A stretch of 64,000 bases of DNA from Squalus acanthias (taxonomy: Eukaryota): the NCBI GenBank assembly GCA_030390025.1, contig CM059432.1, positions 72,852,001-72,916,000 on the forward strand, read 5' to 3'. The notes below the pieces were generated by a model that had not been told where the DNA came from, did no database searches, and saw only the letters and a program-made list of their open reading frames with translations. This document shows positions 38,201-50,644 of this stretch, in pieces (position 1 is the first letter of the stretch; each line of letters opens with the position of its first letter). The position numbers were made by a program, and so were the translations under genes.

Positions 38201-39215
38201 AGAGGTTAAGGGTAGCTACTCAGACTGGCGAAAGGTGGGAAGTGGTGTTCCACAGGGATCGGTGCTGGGACCACAATTGTTCACAATTTACATAAACGAT
38301 TTGGACTCGGGAATCGGAAGTACAATTTCAAAATTTGTGGACAACGCCAAATTAGGGGTATAGTTAATACTGAGGAAGAATGTGACAAAATACAAGAAGA
38401 CATTAATAAACTTGCAGTATGGGTGTATAATTGGCAAATGAATTTCAATATAGATAAGTGTGAGGTAGGTAGGTAAATAAGGAGGCCACATACTGCTTGG
38501 ATAATAAGTCTATTATGGGGTAGAGGAACAAAGGTACAGATACACAAGGGTGATGCAGGTTAAAAAGGCCATTAAAAAAGCAAACCAAGCACAGGGGTTC
38601 ATTTCTAGACGGATAGAATTGAAAAGCAAAGAAGTTATGTTAAACTTGTATAGAACATTGTTTGGACCACACTTGTGGAGCACTGTGCACATTTCTGCTC
38701 TCCATATTATAAAAAGGATATAGAGTCACTGGAGAAGGTGCAAAAAAGTTTCACAAGGGTGATACTAGAACTGAGAGGATATACTTATCAGGAAAAGCTG
38801 AACAGGTAGGGGCTCCTTTCTCTATAAAAGAGAAGGCTGAGGGGTGACTTGATAGAGGTCTTTAAGGTTATGAAAGGGTTTGATAGGGTAAATGTAGAGA
38901 AAATGTTTCCACTTGTGGGTGAGTCCGAAACTAGAGTTCATAAATATAAGATAGTCATTAATAAATCCAATAGGAAATTCAGGAGAAACTTCTTTACGCA
39001 AAGAGTGGTTAGAATGTGGAACGCGCTACCACAAGGAGTAGCTGAGGAAAATAGCATAAATGCTTTTAAGGGGAAGCTACATTAGCACATGAGGAAGAAA
39101 GGAATATATGCTGATAGGGTTAGACGAATAGGGGTGAGTGGAGGCTCGTGTGGAGCATAAATGCCGGCATAGACCAATTGGACCAAGTGGCCTGTTTCTG
39201 TGTTATGGACACGAT
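35290..39215 (+). mobile_element. Older A-rich CR1 LINE (end of ORF1, APE, RT), interrupted by a MITE; its tail is split by Harbinger 1
   Basis: AERIHRAVDRTLN ORF1 end, [42 protein letters not shown] and RRNFFTQRVV. The tail resumes at 43428 (tatgtaattc). Confidence 0.9.
35912..36803. mobile_element. Second copy of the 0.89-kb Harbinger-type element, inverted relative to 28124-29016, TSD ATA
   Basis: Near-identical reverse complement of 28124-29016. TIR GGGGGA(A/G)AAATTCAGT. ATA at 35909-35911 and 36804-36806. Confidence 0.93.
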
Positions 39216-39739
39216 GGCCGGAATTTTCTGAGGTCTGTGCAGGTGCGATCGGAGGCGGGTCGGGTGGGAAATTTGAAATAAGTTGGAGCGGGTCGGGAAC
39301 CCACATCATCCCGCTGCCATGCGCCTTTCCCTTTGGCGCGTTTGCCGGTGTGGCAGCGATCTAATCCAAATCATTACCACCTTGTCAGACATTTAAGCGC
39401 CTTTTTTTAGCCTACCTTTCAGATTTCACTGGATGACCACGGGATTCACTCAGCTCAGGAACCACATCTGTCAACCTGAGGCGGGAGTTGAATGGCCATT
39501 GATCCAGCTGATTAGTTGACAGCGTGAAATGTACTATAAAAGCTCCCACCTCGCAGCTGATCACTTTCCTCAGGCAGAAGCTATTGCTGACTGCATTCCC
39601 CGCACAGATTTAGCTTTCTACAGGCTGCAAGTGTTTCCAGCAAAGTTGCCATCCAGTCTCACCTCATTGGTAGAACCTATCACACCATTGACAAATTGCT
39701 TCTCTCATCTCTACTTGACCATCCATCTGTTCCATCAGC

Positions 39740-40985
39740 ATGGGTGCCGTTTATATTGTCTCACCTTGGTCCTCAGAATTGGACCACGATGAGCCCCAAC
39801 ACCAGCAGCACCAGGCACACCAGCAGCACCAACAACAACACCACCAACCTTCTCCTCAACCACCTGATGCTGCACAGGACAGAGGGCATCAGCGCAGGGC
39901 TATACCGCACCAGAGGCAATACCCCCAAGACAGGGTATACAGGCAGAGGATGAGCCTCCTCAACATGACTGAGCAGCAGTGCCAAAAGAGGCTCAGGCTA
40001 TCGCGCCGGGTCATCGCAGACATTTGCACATTGCTGGAGCAAGACCTGCAGCCCAGAGGAGCGGGTGGATATGCCTTACCAGTGGCTGTCAAAGTCACCA
40101 GTGCTCTCAACTTCTTCACCTCAGGCTCCTTCCAGGGATCTGCAGCAGACATTTGCGGCATCTCGCAGTTGGCCGCACACAGATGCATCACACAGGTCAC
40201 CGATGCCCTCTTTGACAAGTCAGCCAATTATATCAACTCTGCCACTGATGAAGCCAGTGTTACTGAGCAGGCATTTGGCTTTGCCGCTCTGGCTGGCTTC
40301 CCACGGGTGCAGGGCATCATCGACTGAACACATGTGGCCATCAGGGCACCCCATCATAACCCAGGAGTCTTTGTCAACCGCAAGGGCTTCCACTCCCTCA
40401 ATGTGCAGCTCATCTGTAACCATAGAAAGATCATCATGTGTGCGCCAAATTCCCTGGCAGCTGCCATGACTCGTCCTTTGCCAGTCCACCCTCCCTCAGC
40501 TCTTCACTCCTCCAAACAGACTTTCCGGCTGGCTGCTTGGAGACAAGGGCTATCCATTGAAGACGTGGCTCATGACACCCTTGTGGAGGTCAAGTACTGA
40601 GGCCCAGGAGAGATATAATGAAAGCCCATTTCCACCAGATGAGTCATAGAGCAGACAATAGACATGCTGAAAATGCGCTTCAGATGCCTTGACAGATCTG
40701 GAGGAGCCCTTCAGTACGCACCAGCTGGGGTCTCCAGAATTGACGTGGTCTGCTGCGCCCTGCACAATATAGCACAGCAGCGAGGATTAGCGCTGCATGA
40801 GGAGCAAGGCACTGAGCGCACAGCCTCTTCAGAGGAGGAGGAGCAGCAGGAGGAGGAGGAGCATCAGCTGGAAGATGAGGAGGAGCAGGAGCTGGAGGAA
40901 CCTGCGGGCCAGATCCCACCAGCACCCGAGCACATTGCAGCCCGGGAGGCCAGGGAAGGCTTCATCATGGCCAGATTTACTAAAC
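39740..40985 (+). pseudogene. Harbinger (HARBI1-like DDE) transposase, disrupted
   Basis: Motifs [36 protein letters not shown] and LKMRFRCLD...CCALHN. Stop at 40325-40327 and frameshifts. Confidence 0.92.
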
Positions 40986-41274
40986 TTTACGCAGGACACC
41001 CATATAGCGGCACCAGGTTGGCACCACCCCACAGCAACACCATAAAGGATCACTACAATGACCAAGCCATTTCTTTCACACTGACCACCATTGCTGGAGG
41101 TACCGTTATGTCTCACCATTCACTGCAACTCACCATGCCACTTCCAAAGGTGCACACAAATTTGTCCAACACCAGAAAATGCTGAAAATAAAGATTTTTA
41201 TGGCTGAGATCACATTAACGGAAACTTGACATTAACATTGAATAAAACACTCAAGTGGCTACCCTTGTGAATCT

Positions 41275-43133
41275 ACTTGTGTATCATCTTTCTCTTACGT
41301 GTGCTTCTACGAGGTGCTACCCCGGTGACTTCAACAGAGGTAGAGGCAGCCTGCTCACTTCCCTGCTGCGACTGCTTAGACACTCTTAGCGGGCGTCCTC
41401 TGGGTTTTGGAGCCTGTGATGGCCCTGCAAAAGTCTACTCCTCCTGTGACTGTGCAGGGGCAGACTTGGCCATCGCTGTCCGAGGAGACGTCTGGGGCTC
41501 TGACTGAAGGGGTGGCAATGGGGAAGAAGTGTAAGTGCTTTGAGAGGAGCCCACACTTGCATGTCCCCCCTCACCGTCATCCCTCTCTCATGGGCCACCT
41601 GCACTTCCCTGCTAGCAAGGAGCTGGAGAGCACCTTGCTGCACATCAATGGGGCCATGAGGACCTACGTCTACGCTGACATCCCTCCTAGAGAGGAGGTC
41701 TATGTGCCTCTGCCATCTATTCTCCATAGATAGCATGTGCTCATGTGAGTGGCGCATTAGCAGCTCCCTTCAGGTGGCCACCTTTCCATGGAAGAGCCTA
41801 CAGTTGCCATCACCTGTGACACGGTGGTGCTGATGTTGGAGATGGACTCCTCCATTCTCTGAACATTTGCAGACATCACGCTCGCAAAACCTGTCAAAGC
41901 CTCCTGCACTTCTTCCTGCACCTCCAGGATCGCCCTCTTTCTGGATGGTCCCCGAGGCTCAGCGTCTGCATACAGCTGAGCAGAGCTGGGAGCGTCCGGC
42001 GCCCTCAGGCGAGGAGTCTCCACTGCTGTCCCTGTCTCCAACATCTGCTCTTGCTCACTTGTGACAAAAAGACTCTATCTCACGTGGGACCCACCAAGGT
42101 GTGCGACTGTGCACTGGTGCTGGGTGCGCTTAGGTCTGGTGACGGTGCACCCTCAGAAGCTGAAGGCTCCTCTGAGGAGTTGTCTTGCTCTTCCTCCTGG
42201 ACAGTGGGGGGGGGGGGGGGGGGCTCTTGATGGACTTGTGGGGGAGTAAAGAGATGAGTTAGATATGCCATATGAAGAATGGGTGCACATACCATTATGC
42301 ACATGATGACCATTCAGTGCCTGATGACATCAGTCACCATTTGAGTAACTGATGTATGCCATGTAGCTGTATGATATGTAATCTGTCACCAGGTTGCTGA
42401 GATGTCCACCTCTCTCCGTCTCCCACCTTCAGCTGCTTGGCAACTCCTGATACTTCCAAGGCAGCCTCCTCTGCTGATGTTAGGGTGGCCAATGATGGAG
42501 TGCCACCTCCAGTTCTCTCCCTCTCCCTCTTGTTGTGGGCTCTCTTTTCCTGCAAGGATGAAAAGAAAAGAAGTTTGAGTGAGAGTGATGGAATGAGTGT
42601 AAGGAATGGATGGGTTACATCTTTAGAGGGTGACTATAATGGAGTGGGGTGGCAATGCCAAGTGGCCTCCTTGTGTGTTGTTAGTTGGTATGATTGCTTT
42701 AGGATGAGGCTGAGTGTGAGGGGTGGCTAGTAAGATGGGGATGTGATAATGTAGATGGAGAGAGAGAGATGGGTGGATGTGCAAGGGATGTTGGTGTGAG
42801 TAAGGATGGGCAGCAGCAGGGTTGGGAAGGTAGAGTGATGAGGATGTGATGAGAGGCACAGCAGGATGAAGTTAAGTGTGGCTTTGCACTCACCTTTCCT
42901 GATCTAATGAGATAATTGAAGCGTTTCCGGCACTGAACCCAGGTCCTCTTCACCATATCCCTGCTGTTCATCTCCTCTGCAATTTGGGGCCAGGCTCTTT
43001 TTGTCTCCTGGGGAGGTCCCTTCCGCCCATTGGAAGGGAAGAGGGCCTCCATGCATGCTCTGACTCCCTCCACAAGCATATGGAGGGAGTCATCGGAGAA
43101 CCTGGGTGCAGCCCTCTGTCTCTGTGTTGTCAT
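41275..43133 (-). pseudogene. Harbinger Myb/SANT-like DNA-binding protein gene, spliced (exon 1 43133-42894, exon 2 ~42548-42389, exon 3 from ~42234), disrupted
   Basis: RAAPRFSDDSL...AWPQIAEE...RTWVQCRKRFN|gtgagt, then EKRAHNKRERERTGGG. Same layout as copy 2. Confidence 0.85.
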
Positions 43134-44229
43134 GTTTCCAAGTGTTTGGAACAATCAAAACCTCTAGTGCAGTGACTGCACACTCCTAGATGAACCTTCA
43201 AATGCAATTTGGCCACAGTTCCTTTAAATATCCCGGCTGAAAACACATCATGGATGACGTCATCAGACCTGCACCATTTAATTGGGCCAGGTAACGTGCA
43301 GGGCGGGCTTAATAGGCCTCATTAGCGCAAAGTCCATTTCTGCACCGAGATGGAAGCAAGAATGGGGTCGCGACCCACCACGAGGACTGCCCGCACCAGA
43401 CCCGCCCAGGTAAAGGAAATTCCGGCCTATGTAATTCCACGTAATTGTGGGTCATACCTTACACGGAACCATGGTACAGGGAAAACACAAACCTATCTGG
43501 TATTACTTATTTTCAGTCTTGCTGCACCTGATAATTAACTTTATCCAATGTCCTATGAATTGTCATTCTATCGGCCTGACATTTCTAATTAATTTTACCA
43601 TAATGCTACCTAATTGGAGAAACTCCTTGCAACCTGCTGTATTTTTGATATCCTGACACAATCAATATATGCACATCTCAATGTGACAAAGACAGGCCAG
43701 GTTTATTAATAATATATACTATGCTAATCGTAGACTCATGACTGCAGATTTCTATTGAGCTAAGAAAGCTCTCATGCTGCTGAATAAGCTGCAGAATTAT
43801 TAGCACGTTATGAGAAAATTTACAATCTATGTTTATGCTTTCCAATGTGATCTGGTGGAATTGTTTCTGTTTCTTTCACTGCCCCACTAATGGTTGCATA
43901 TTTCTGTGTAACATGAAACAACAGGCACAAGACCACCCTACATTTCAGCAAAATGTGTTACTTACTCCACTTTACCGAGGCACCAGTTCAGAGATATCTA
44001 TCCAGGATACTTAGAACGTGACGGCTAAGAGGGAACACTGGGCAATGCAGAAAACATAAGTGAGGAGGAGAAAGTTGAAGTGACAGCTGAGGAAACAGAA
44101 TCAGCTAGCCACAGGGGCAGATCTAGATGTTCCTCTAGGCACAGCCCATGTATGTATCCTCACGGGGCTTGTATGTTTAAAGTTGCTGCAAATCAGCAGA
44201 AACAGTTCTTCCAGTCCTTGGGGAATGTT

Positions 44230-44730
44230 CAGCAACAACAATAGCAACTTGCATTTATATAGCACCTTTAACATAGTAAAACGTCCCAGGGCGCTTCACA
44301 GGATTGTTATCAAACAAAATTTGACGCTGAGCCACATAAGAGATATTAGGGCAGATTGTTCAAAGGGGTAGTTTTTAAGGAGCATCTTAAAGAAGGAAAG
44401 AGAGGTGGAGAGGTTTAAGGAGGGAATTCCAGAGCTTAGGGCCTAGGCAGCTGAAGGCATGGCCACCAATGGTGGAGCGATTAACATCAGGGATGCGTAA
44501 GAGGCCAGAATTGGAGGAGCGCAGATATCTCGGTGGGTTGTAGGGTCGGAAGAGATTACAGAGACAGGGAGGGGTGAGGCCATGGAGGGATTTGAAAACA
44601 AGGATGAGAATTTTAAAATTGAGGCGTTGCTCAAATGGGTACCAATGCAGGTCAGCGAGCACAGGTGTGATGGGTGAGCGAGACTTGGTGCGAGTTAGGA
44701 TACGGGCAGCGGAGTTTTGGATGAGTTCAC
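44230..44730 (-). mobile_element. L2 3' end
   Basis: QNSAARIL...PITPVLADLHW...FKILILVFKSLHGL...YLRSS, plus the L2 tail. Confidence 0.92.
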
Positions 44731-45578
44731 AGCAGCCTGTAAGGACTGTTGAAGAGTGTTGAGAGTGCGGGTTCATAAATGCAGCATAAAGGAATATTTC
44801 AAAAACCTGCAGCACATCATGGAGCATATGAAAAATCAATGACCATCATCAGGGGAGAACCTAAGGAACAAAAGTCCTAAGCCCAGAGGCAGTTTCCCAT
44901 ATGTGCACTGTAGAGACCCGAGGCTCTGATTTACAGGAGACTGTCTATTTCAGATTCAATAAGCTAGGGAATCGGATTGAATGAACTTTGATGGTTGGCT
45001 TCAGATTCCTTAGCGATGTCCAAGGGCCTATGCCCATGAACCCAGCAGAGGTACAGGTGAGGCAGCTTCCACATCCATCACACCCAACCTGACCCCTATA
45101 AAGACTGATGTATTGGCGGGTAATAGGCAACAGCAGGTTGTCAGCACACTTTTAAAAGTGCTGCCGGTAGTTGCAGGGCCATGTAATAACCCAGCATTAG
45201 GAAGTACAGGGCCACAAGGATCCCATCAGACCTCTCTTATGAACAGCAGCATGCCACCATACTTAACCCTCTCATTGGGTCAGCAAGGAACACAAGTTTA
45301 GGGATTAGAAACACACCCTATATACTGTCATTAAGGGCACTGGGGTGCCAAACATTACACACATATACACAATTCACTGTTAGACAAATAATGTGCTGGC
45401 ACATTATTTGAATGTATTCCTAAGCTTTAATTTGAGAAGGGCCATATTAGGGCTGCAGCAGATGGTGGATTGAGATTCTCAAAAAGAATTCTCATGCTGA
45501 GCTATTTGATTTACTGAAAATTAAGTAGCAGTTGACAGCAAGATCGCTATGTAAAAAGCAGATGTAAATAATGAAGTA

Positions 45579-47630
45579 TTGAATGTACAGGACGTACAAG
45601 TTCTGAATATGGCACAGAAAGTGACCACAGCTCTCAATGTTTATGCCACAGGTTCACCCCAGGAAACCACAGGGGACTTTTGCCAGATCAGCCAATTTGC
45701 TCTGCACTCCTCTATGAAGCAAGTCATCAAGGCCCTATTTGCCAGGACAGCTCAGTATAAACAATTTGACAGTGCCCCCAAACAGATGACTGAGAGGGCC
45801 ACTACATTTTTCAGAATTGAAAGTTTTCCTAGGGTTGTCAGGAATATTATTTGCGCCCATGTGACATTGCTTTCCCCGAATGAAAGCACCTATTTTTATA
45901 CGAACCACAACGGCTTCCATTTCCTAAATGTGCAGCTCAGTTGTGATGACAGACACAGCTTCTTGCATGTGAATTTATAACATACTGGGAGTTGTTGTGA
46001 GGCTTTTATACTTCATCAGTCCAGTGTCTCAGTTCTATTTCAACAGTTGAGGAAAGGGCCAGGTGGCTGCTGGGTGACAAAGCTTACTCACAAGGTTCAT
46101 GAGGCATTTTTGTAGGACAAGTGCTGCAGAGGAGAGCTATAATGAAGCACATATGAAGATAAAGATATGAATTGAGCAAGCCATTAGGATGCTCAAAGGA
46201 TGGTTCCAGTGTCTGTATCAGTCTGAGAATGCCTTGCAGTATGTACCCAGCATTGCCTCGCGAGCTGTGGTAGCATGTTGTGTGCTTCATAACTTTGCAA
46301 TCATGAAAGATCTGATGCTGAAGACCAGGCCCATGAATAGCATGGAAATTGGTGCAGTGGCAAGTGCTGCCAGACAGCTGAGAGCCAGACTTATTCAAGA
46401 CACCTTCATTAATGAGTTGTGTACTATTATTTGGAAGTCTCAGCTCATCAAAGATCTGTCAAATCTCACCAACCTCCCTATGGTCCAAATTAAATCCTTG
46501 CTGGTCACAACTAGTCATCACATCCTCTGTGCTGCTGCCATGAGAGGAAGCAGTCTCTGAGGTACACGCACCAGCTTCTCCACTGGTACTGGAACAAGAG
46601 TTTGGTTACTAGTAATCAGTGAGAGAACGGACCTCATGTAATCAGATTGATCCATGTTGTAATTTCTATGTATCTATGTTCCCTTAAATCCCTGTGAGAG
46701 AGTCAACTTAATACCCTTTAGCCCCTCTGAAACGCTGTCCTCTATACTTTGCAATCCAGTTGACATTGACCTCTCTAGATGGTCCCCAAGACCTGCAATC
46801 TTTCATTCAGTGCTTCCGCATTGAGTTGATTGACTTGCCTGGATCTCCCATGAAGTGTGGGAAGGTTTGCAGTTGCTCCTGCAGCTTCCACTTCTTGCAG
46901 GCTACTCTGCAATGAGTTGAACCCCTCTCAGATGTTGGCACACAGTAAGGGATTGGACTCCACCACTATCCCAGCCATTTGCCGCACATCTTGGAAGAGG
47001 CCATGCAGAACCTCTATATGTGTTTGATGCTCTGCTAGCTTCCTTCTCTTGATTACAGGTCCCCTGCGATCATCAGCCATTTGTTTTAAAGCCAAGGGCT
47101 GACATGTTTTATGACTCTGCTCAACTACACCAGGCTCCATTTCCATACCTGCATCTTCTAGTTTCTTTGTGCTCTGTGTTTCACCACGTGTCAGTTCTTC
47201 ATCTACACTATCTGTATCCCATTTAGTTGGTATCTCTGGACTACATAGTGCAAAGGAACCAATGAATGAGGGGGTGGATGTGGTCACCAGTTGCTGACAG
47301 AGGTAGAGGGGACTGCAAGGACTTGCTCTCCAGCAATTTTTACTGCTATATTCTGGCTTTCAGACTCGAGAGAACAAAGCTACTGTTAACTTTGGTCTGC
47401 TCGAGCAGCATTCTATCTTAATCAGTTACTTTGAGGAACGTGATAGCTGATGAAGAGATTGAAGAACACATAGAAAAATTAAATAAAACCCACTGAATGC
47501 ACAGAGACTCCCAAATCTACACCGCCAGGTGCCAAGTCAGGGTTGAAGCCAATAATTGCCATTGCTTCATCTTCATGTGCTGTAAAGTGGCCTGGCTGCC
47601 CCTGGAATAATGTGCTGTCTTCTCCTGCAA
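45579..47630. mobile_element. Old, divergent Harbinger remnant (plus-strand transposase 45579-46420; minus-strand partner-gene remnants ~46600-47630)
   Basis: KVTTALNVYATGSPQ, FPRV, NHNGFHFLNVQ, GWLLGD and LKGWFQCL...CCVLHNFA. No TIRs recognised. Confidence 0.8.
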
Positions 47631-48467
47631 GAGAAATACATTTTATTAATTGATTGCTGAAGATCAGCCAATATTCATGTAATGAATAGTAGTTATAAGG
47701 GAGCAAAGATTGTGAGACTTCAATATGCTAGCATGCATTACAGAATATGAGACACTTGACTTGAGTGCTGCTGAGGGACTTTGCCTCTGGGACAAGGAAC
47801 GTGATGCCATGTGATACCCTCAAAGGTAATGCTTGACTTATTTTTTATATACTTTTTCTTAGGATGGAGGCAGTATTTATTGCCCATCCCTAATTGCCCT
47901 GAGGGCATTAAAAGTCAACCACACAGTGTGGTAGACTGGGTAGGGAGGGCTACAGGCTCCTTTCCCTGAATGACATTGGTGAACTCACAACATCCGGGTT
48001 ACTTGTCCCATACCATAACCAGGCTACTGTACCTGCATTGTTCCAGGGAATATCCAGTGCTGGCCTGAATGCTAGCCAAGCCCTCCTGTAAACTGTCATG
48101 GGCTGTTTATCAGAGGAGCTGTGAATGGAGCTGAACACTGTAGAAATTGTCTGCAAACAGCCCCAGTCCTGACCATATGATGGAGGGAAAGTCATTGACA
48201 AAGCAGTTGAAGCTGGTTGGGCCAAGAACGCTGCCATGAACAACTCCTGCAGTGATGTCCTGAGGGCTGTAATGACTGGCCTCTGACAACTACATCGGGT
48301 ATGATTCCAGCCATTGTAGGGTTTTCCCTTTGACCCCATTGACTTCAGTTTTGCTCGGGCGAATGCTGCCTTAATGACAAGAGCAGCTACTCTCACCTCC
48401 TCTCTGACATTTAGCTCTTGCATCCATGTCTGGATCAAGGCTGAGATCAGGAGCTGAGTGGTTCTGA

Positions 48468-48783
48468 ATCTTTTTTTTATCACAGGCTGTTGGCTGTTTA
48501 AAGTTAAGCATGTGCCCCTACAACAAATAAAGACTGTAAATTAACAACAAAGGTTAAAGGAAACTTAACAAATTAAATTAAAATATTGTTCCTTGCGGTG
48601 ATGATGCACTTCAGTCCCTGCGGTGCCCAGCGGTCACGGAAGGCCTCAAGCGTGCCGATGGACACCGCGTGCTCCATCTCCAGGGCCACCCGGGCGCGAA
48701 TGTAGCCACGGAAGAGAGGCAGGCAGTCGGGCCGAACGACCCCCTTGACCGCCCGCTGCCTGGACCTGTTGATGGCCATCTTG
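48468..48783 (-). mobile_element. 3' end of an L1/Tx1-like LINE (ORF2 C-terminus, 3'UTR, A-tail)
   Basis: KMAINRSRQ...FRGYIRARVALEMEHA....FRDRWA resembles L1/Tx1 ORF2 C-termini. The long TSD and A-tail fit the L1 clade. Clade assignment is from memory. Confidence 0.65.
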
Positions 48784-48797
48784 AAAATAGGCCCTAA

Positions 48798-48880
48798 TGT
48801 CAGGAGTGGGATTCAAACTCCGTCTCCAGGGTAGATTGAGACCTGAACGCAGTGCCTGGGGCCCGCTCGGCCATCCTGCC
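48798..48880 (-). pseudogene. tRNA-Leu(CAG) pseudogene
   Basis: ggcaggatggccgagcgg.....ggcactgcgttCAGgtc.ca.tct.ccctggag.cg...tt.gaatcccactcctgaca follows the vertebrate tRNA-Leu-CAG sequence, with a long variable arm. Confidence 0.9.
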
Positions 48881-48942
48881 TCCCAGAGCTGTTATAAAGG
48901 CCCCAGAAACCGGCCAAGTTGCAAGGGCAGGAATCTGTCAAA

Positions 48943-49015
48943 TATTTCTGCCTGGTTTCAAACCAGGGACATTTTGCATGTTAATCACATGTGATAACCA
49001 CTACACTACAGGAAC
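48943..49015 (-). pseudogene. tRNA-Val(AAC) pseudogene
   Basis: gtt.c.gtagtgtagtggttatcac.......tAACa.gc.aaa.gtccc.ggtt.gaaacc.ggc.gaaa.a, 73 nt. Many differences are CpG-type transitions. Confidence 0.9.
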
Positions 49016-49536
49016 AGGCCCGCTGAGTGGTTCTGACTGAAACTGATCTGAGCGTTAATGAGCAGGTTATTGGTGAGCAGGATTTGTTTGATGCTACTAT
49101 GGATGACTCCTCCCATAATTTTACTGATGATTGGGAGGAGCCTTTAGAGTGGTAATTGGCCCGGTTAGATTTATCCTGTTTTTGTGAATAGGACATATGT
49201 GAACAATCTTGTTTATAGTCAAATAAATGCCAGTGTCATAGCTGTACTGAAACAATCTGGCTAGGGGAGCAGTTAGCTCTGATGCATATGTCTTCAGCAC
49301 TACAGTCAGGATGTTGTCAGGGCCTTTGGCCTTTGCAGTGTCCGGTGCATTTAACCACTCCTTAATGTCACCTGGAGTGAACTGAATTGGCTGGACACTG
49401 TTACCAATGATAGTGGGGACCTCAGGTGGATCTGAGTAAGATCTTCGACTTAGTGTTTTTTGCTGATGTCTCTTGCAAACAATGGTAGTGCCATATAACA
49501 CGATAAAGGATGTCCTCGCAGTGAACATGAGATTTA

Positions 49537-50223
49537 GGGGGCAAAATTGGGTCGCGCCCCCATTGGAGCGCTAAATTCTTTTCGCGCCCCGAATAAGTTA
49601 ACACCCCCGCGCCCGAAATTCACTGGTAGTGCACCAAGAGGGAGACGGGGCGCTACTGGAAGCACCCCACCTCCCTCTTGGGGCGCTGCGAGTGAATAGC
49701 ACGGCGCTACATGCAGCAGCGCCATGCGCTGCGGCACATCGCGCCGCAGTACTGCAGGCCTTCCTCCCCTTATTAAAGGGAGGGGCCTAGCGCAGCACGA
49801 CCCAGGGCCCAGCTGGGCCACCAGGGATCGGAGTGCCGGCAAAAGAGCCCGGCACTCAGGAGGAGTGCCGGGCTCACGGAGCGCAGCCGACACTCCACGG
49901 GGGGTCTTCACAGGAGGCCAGGGACAGCAACAAAAATAGCCGCCCGGCACCTCCCTTTAATTTGTACCGCCCCGGCCGCAGGTAGGCCCACTTGACCCTG
50001 TCGGACATAGTGTCCGGCGGTAAGTCAGGGGGCACTACTGAGGATTGTGGCCAGGGCGCGAGCGGGGCGCTGCGCACGGCAATGATGTCATCGCCGGAGG
50101 TGCAGCACCGCAGGGCGCTAACCGTTACCGCCGCCGCTAACCTCCCGCTGAATTTCACCGCCGCTAACCTCCCGCCCTCTCAGGGCGCTAATGGGAGGCG
50201 CAAATCAACCAAATTTTTCCCCC
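49537..50223. mobile_element. Harbinger-type MITE, TSD TTA
   Basis: TIR GGGGG(C/A)AAAATT(G/T)G. TTA at 49534-49536 and 50224-50226. Confidence 0.9.
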
Positions 50224-50644
50224 TTAGTCTTCACAAGGACTGTGAGTGGCCACTTCTGCCAACGCTATCCTGCGCAAACATGTTGGTGACAGACAGGTTT
50301 GTGAGGATGAAATCAAGGCAGTTACCTCCTCATGTTGGTTCCCTCACTACCTGGCACAGGTGCAGACTGGCAGACATGTCTCTCAGGACTTATTCAGCTT
50401 GGTCAATAGTGGAACTATTGAGCCACTCTTGATGGTGGATATTGAAGTACCCTACCCAGAGCACATTTTATGCACTTGTCTCCCTCAGTGCCTCCTCGAA
50501 GTGATGTTCAGCATAGAGGAGTACTGATTCATCAGCTGGCAGGGCGGGGGGTGGGGTGGTTGGTGGTTGGTGGTGATCAGCTGGAGATTTCCTTGACCTT
50601 GCATGACTTGGAGTTAATGCAGAAGACTCTCAGGGATACTCCCA

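Larger units (their letters stand above)
39216..43427. mobile_element. PIF/Harbinger transposon copy 1 (autonomous architecture, decayed)
   Basis: TIR GGCCGGAATTT, flanks gat/tat, convergent transposase and Myb/SANT genes. Confidence 0.93.
48468..49021 (-). mobile_element. Chimeric retroposed insert: leader + tRNA-Val + tRNA-Leu + L1/Tx1-like 3' end + A-tail, 15-bp TSD
   Basis: GCTGAGTGGTTCTGA at 48453-48467 and 49022-49036. A8 tract on the minus strand at 48471-48478. Confidence 0.88.
47860..50640 (-). mobile_element. Decayed LINE family A pieces, interrupted by the tRNA-LINE chimera and a MITE
   Basis: RT remnants (ISALIQTW..EL...EVRVAAL; KAKGPDNI..VVLKT...LARLFQYSY), APE-region remnants at 50230-50640, head/tail fragment at 47860-47990. 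Confidence 0.8.

Noticed and set aside
44028..44150. Acidic open frame (EGTLGNAENISEEEKVEV...) ending at gtatgt
   Set aside because: In-frame stop immediately upstream and no credible acceptor.
48798..49015. Functional tRNA gene cluster
   Set aside because: Both tRNAs have stem-breaking and T-loop substitutions and sit inside a TSD-bounded insert.
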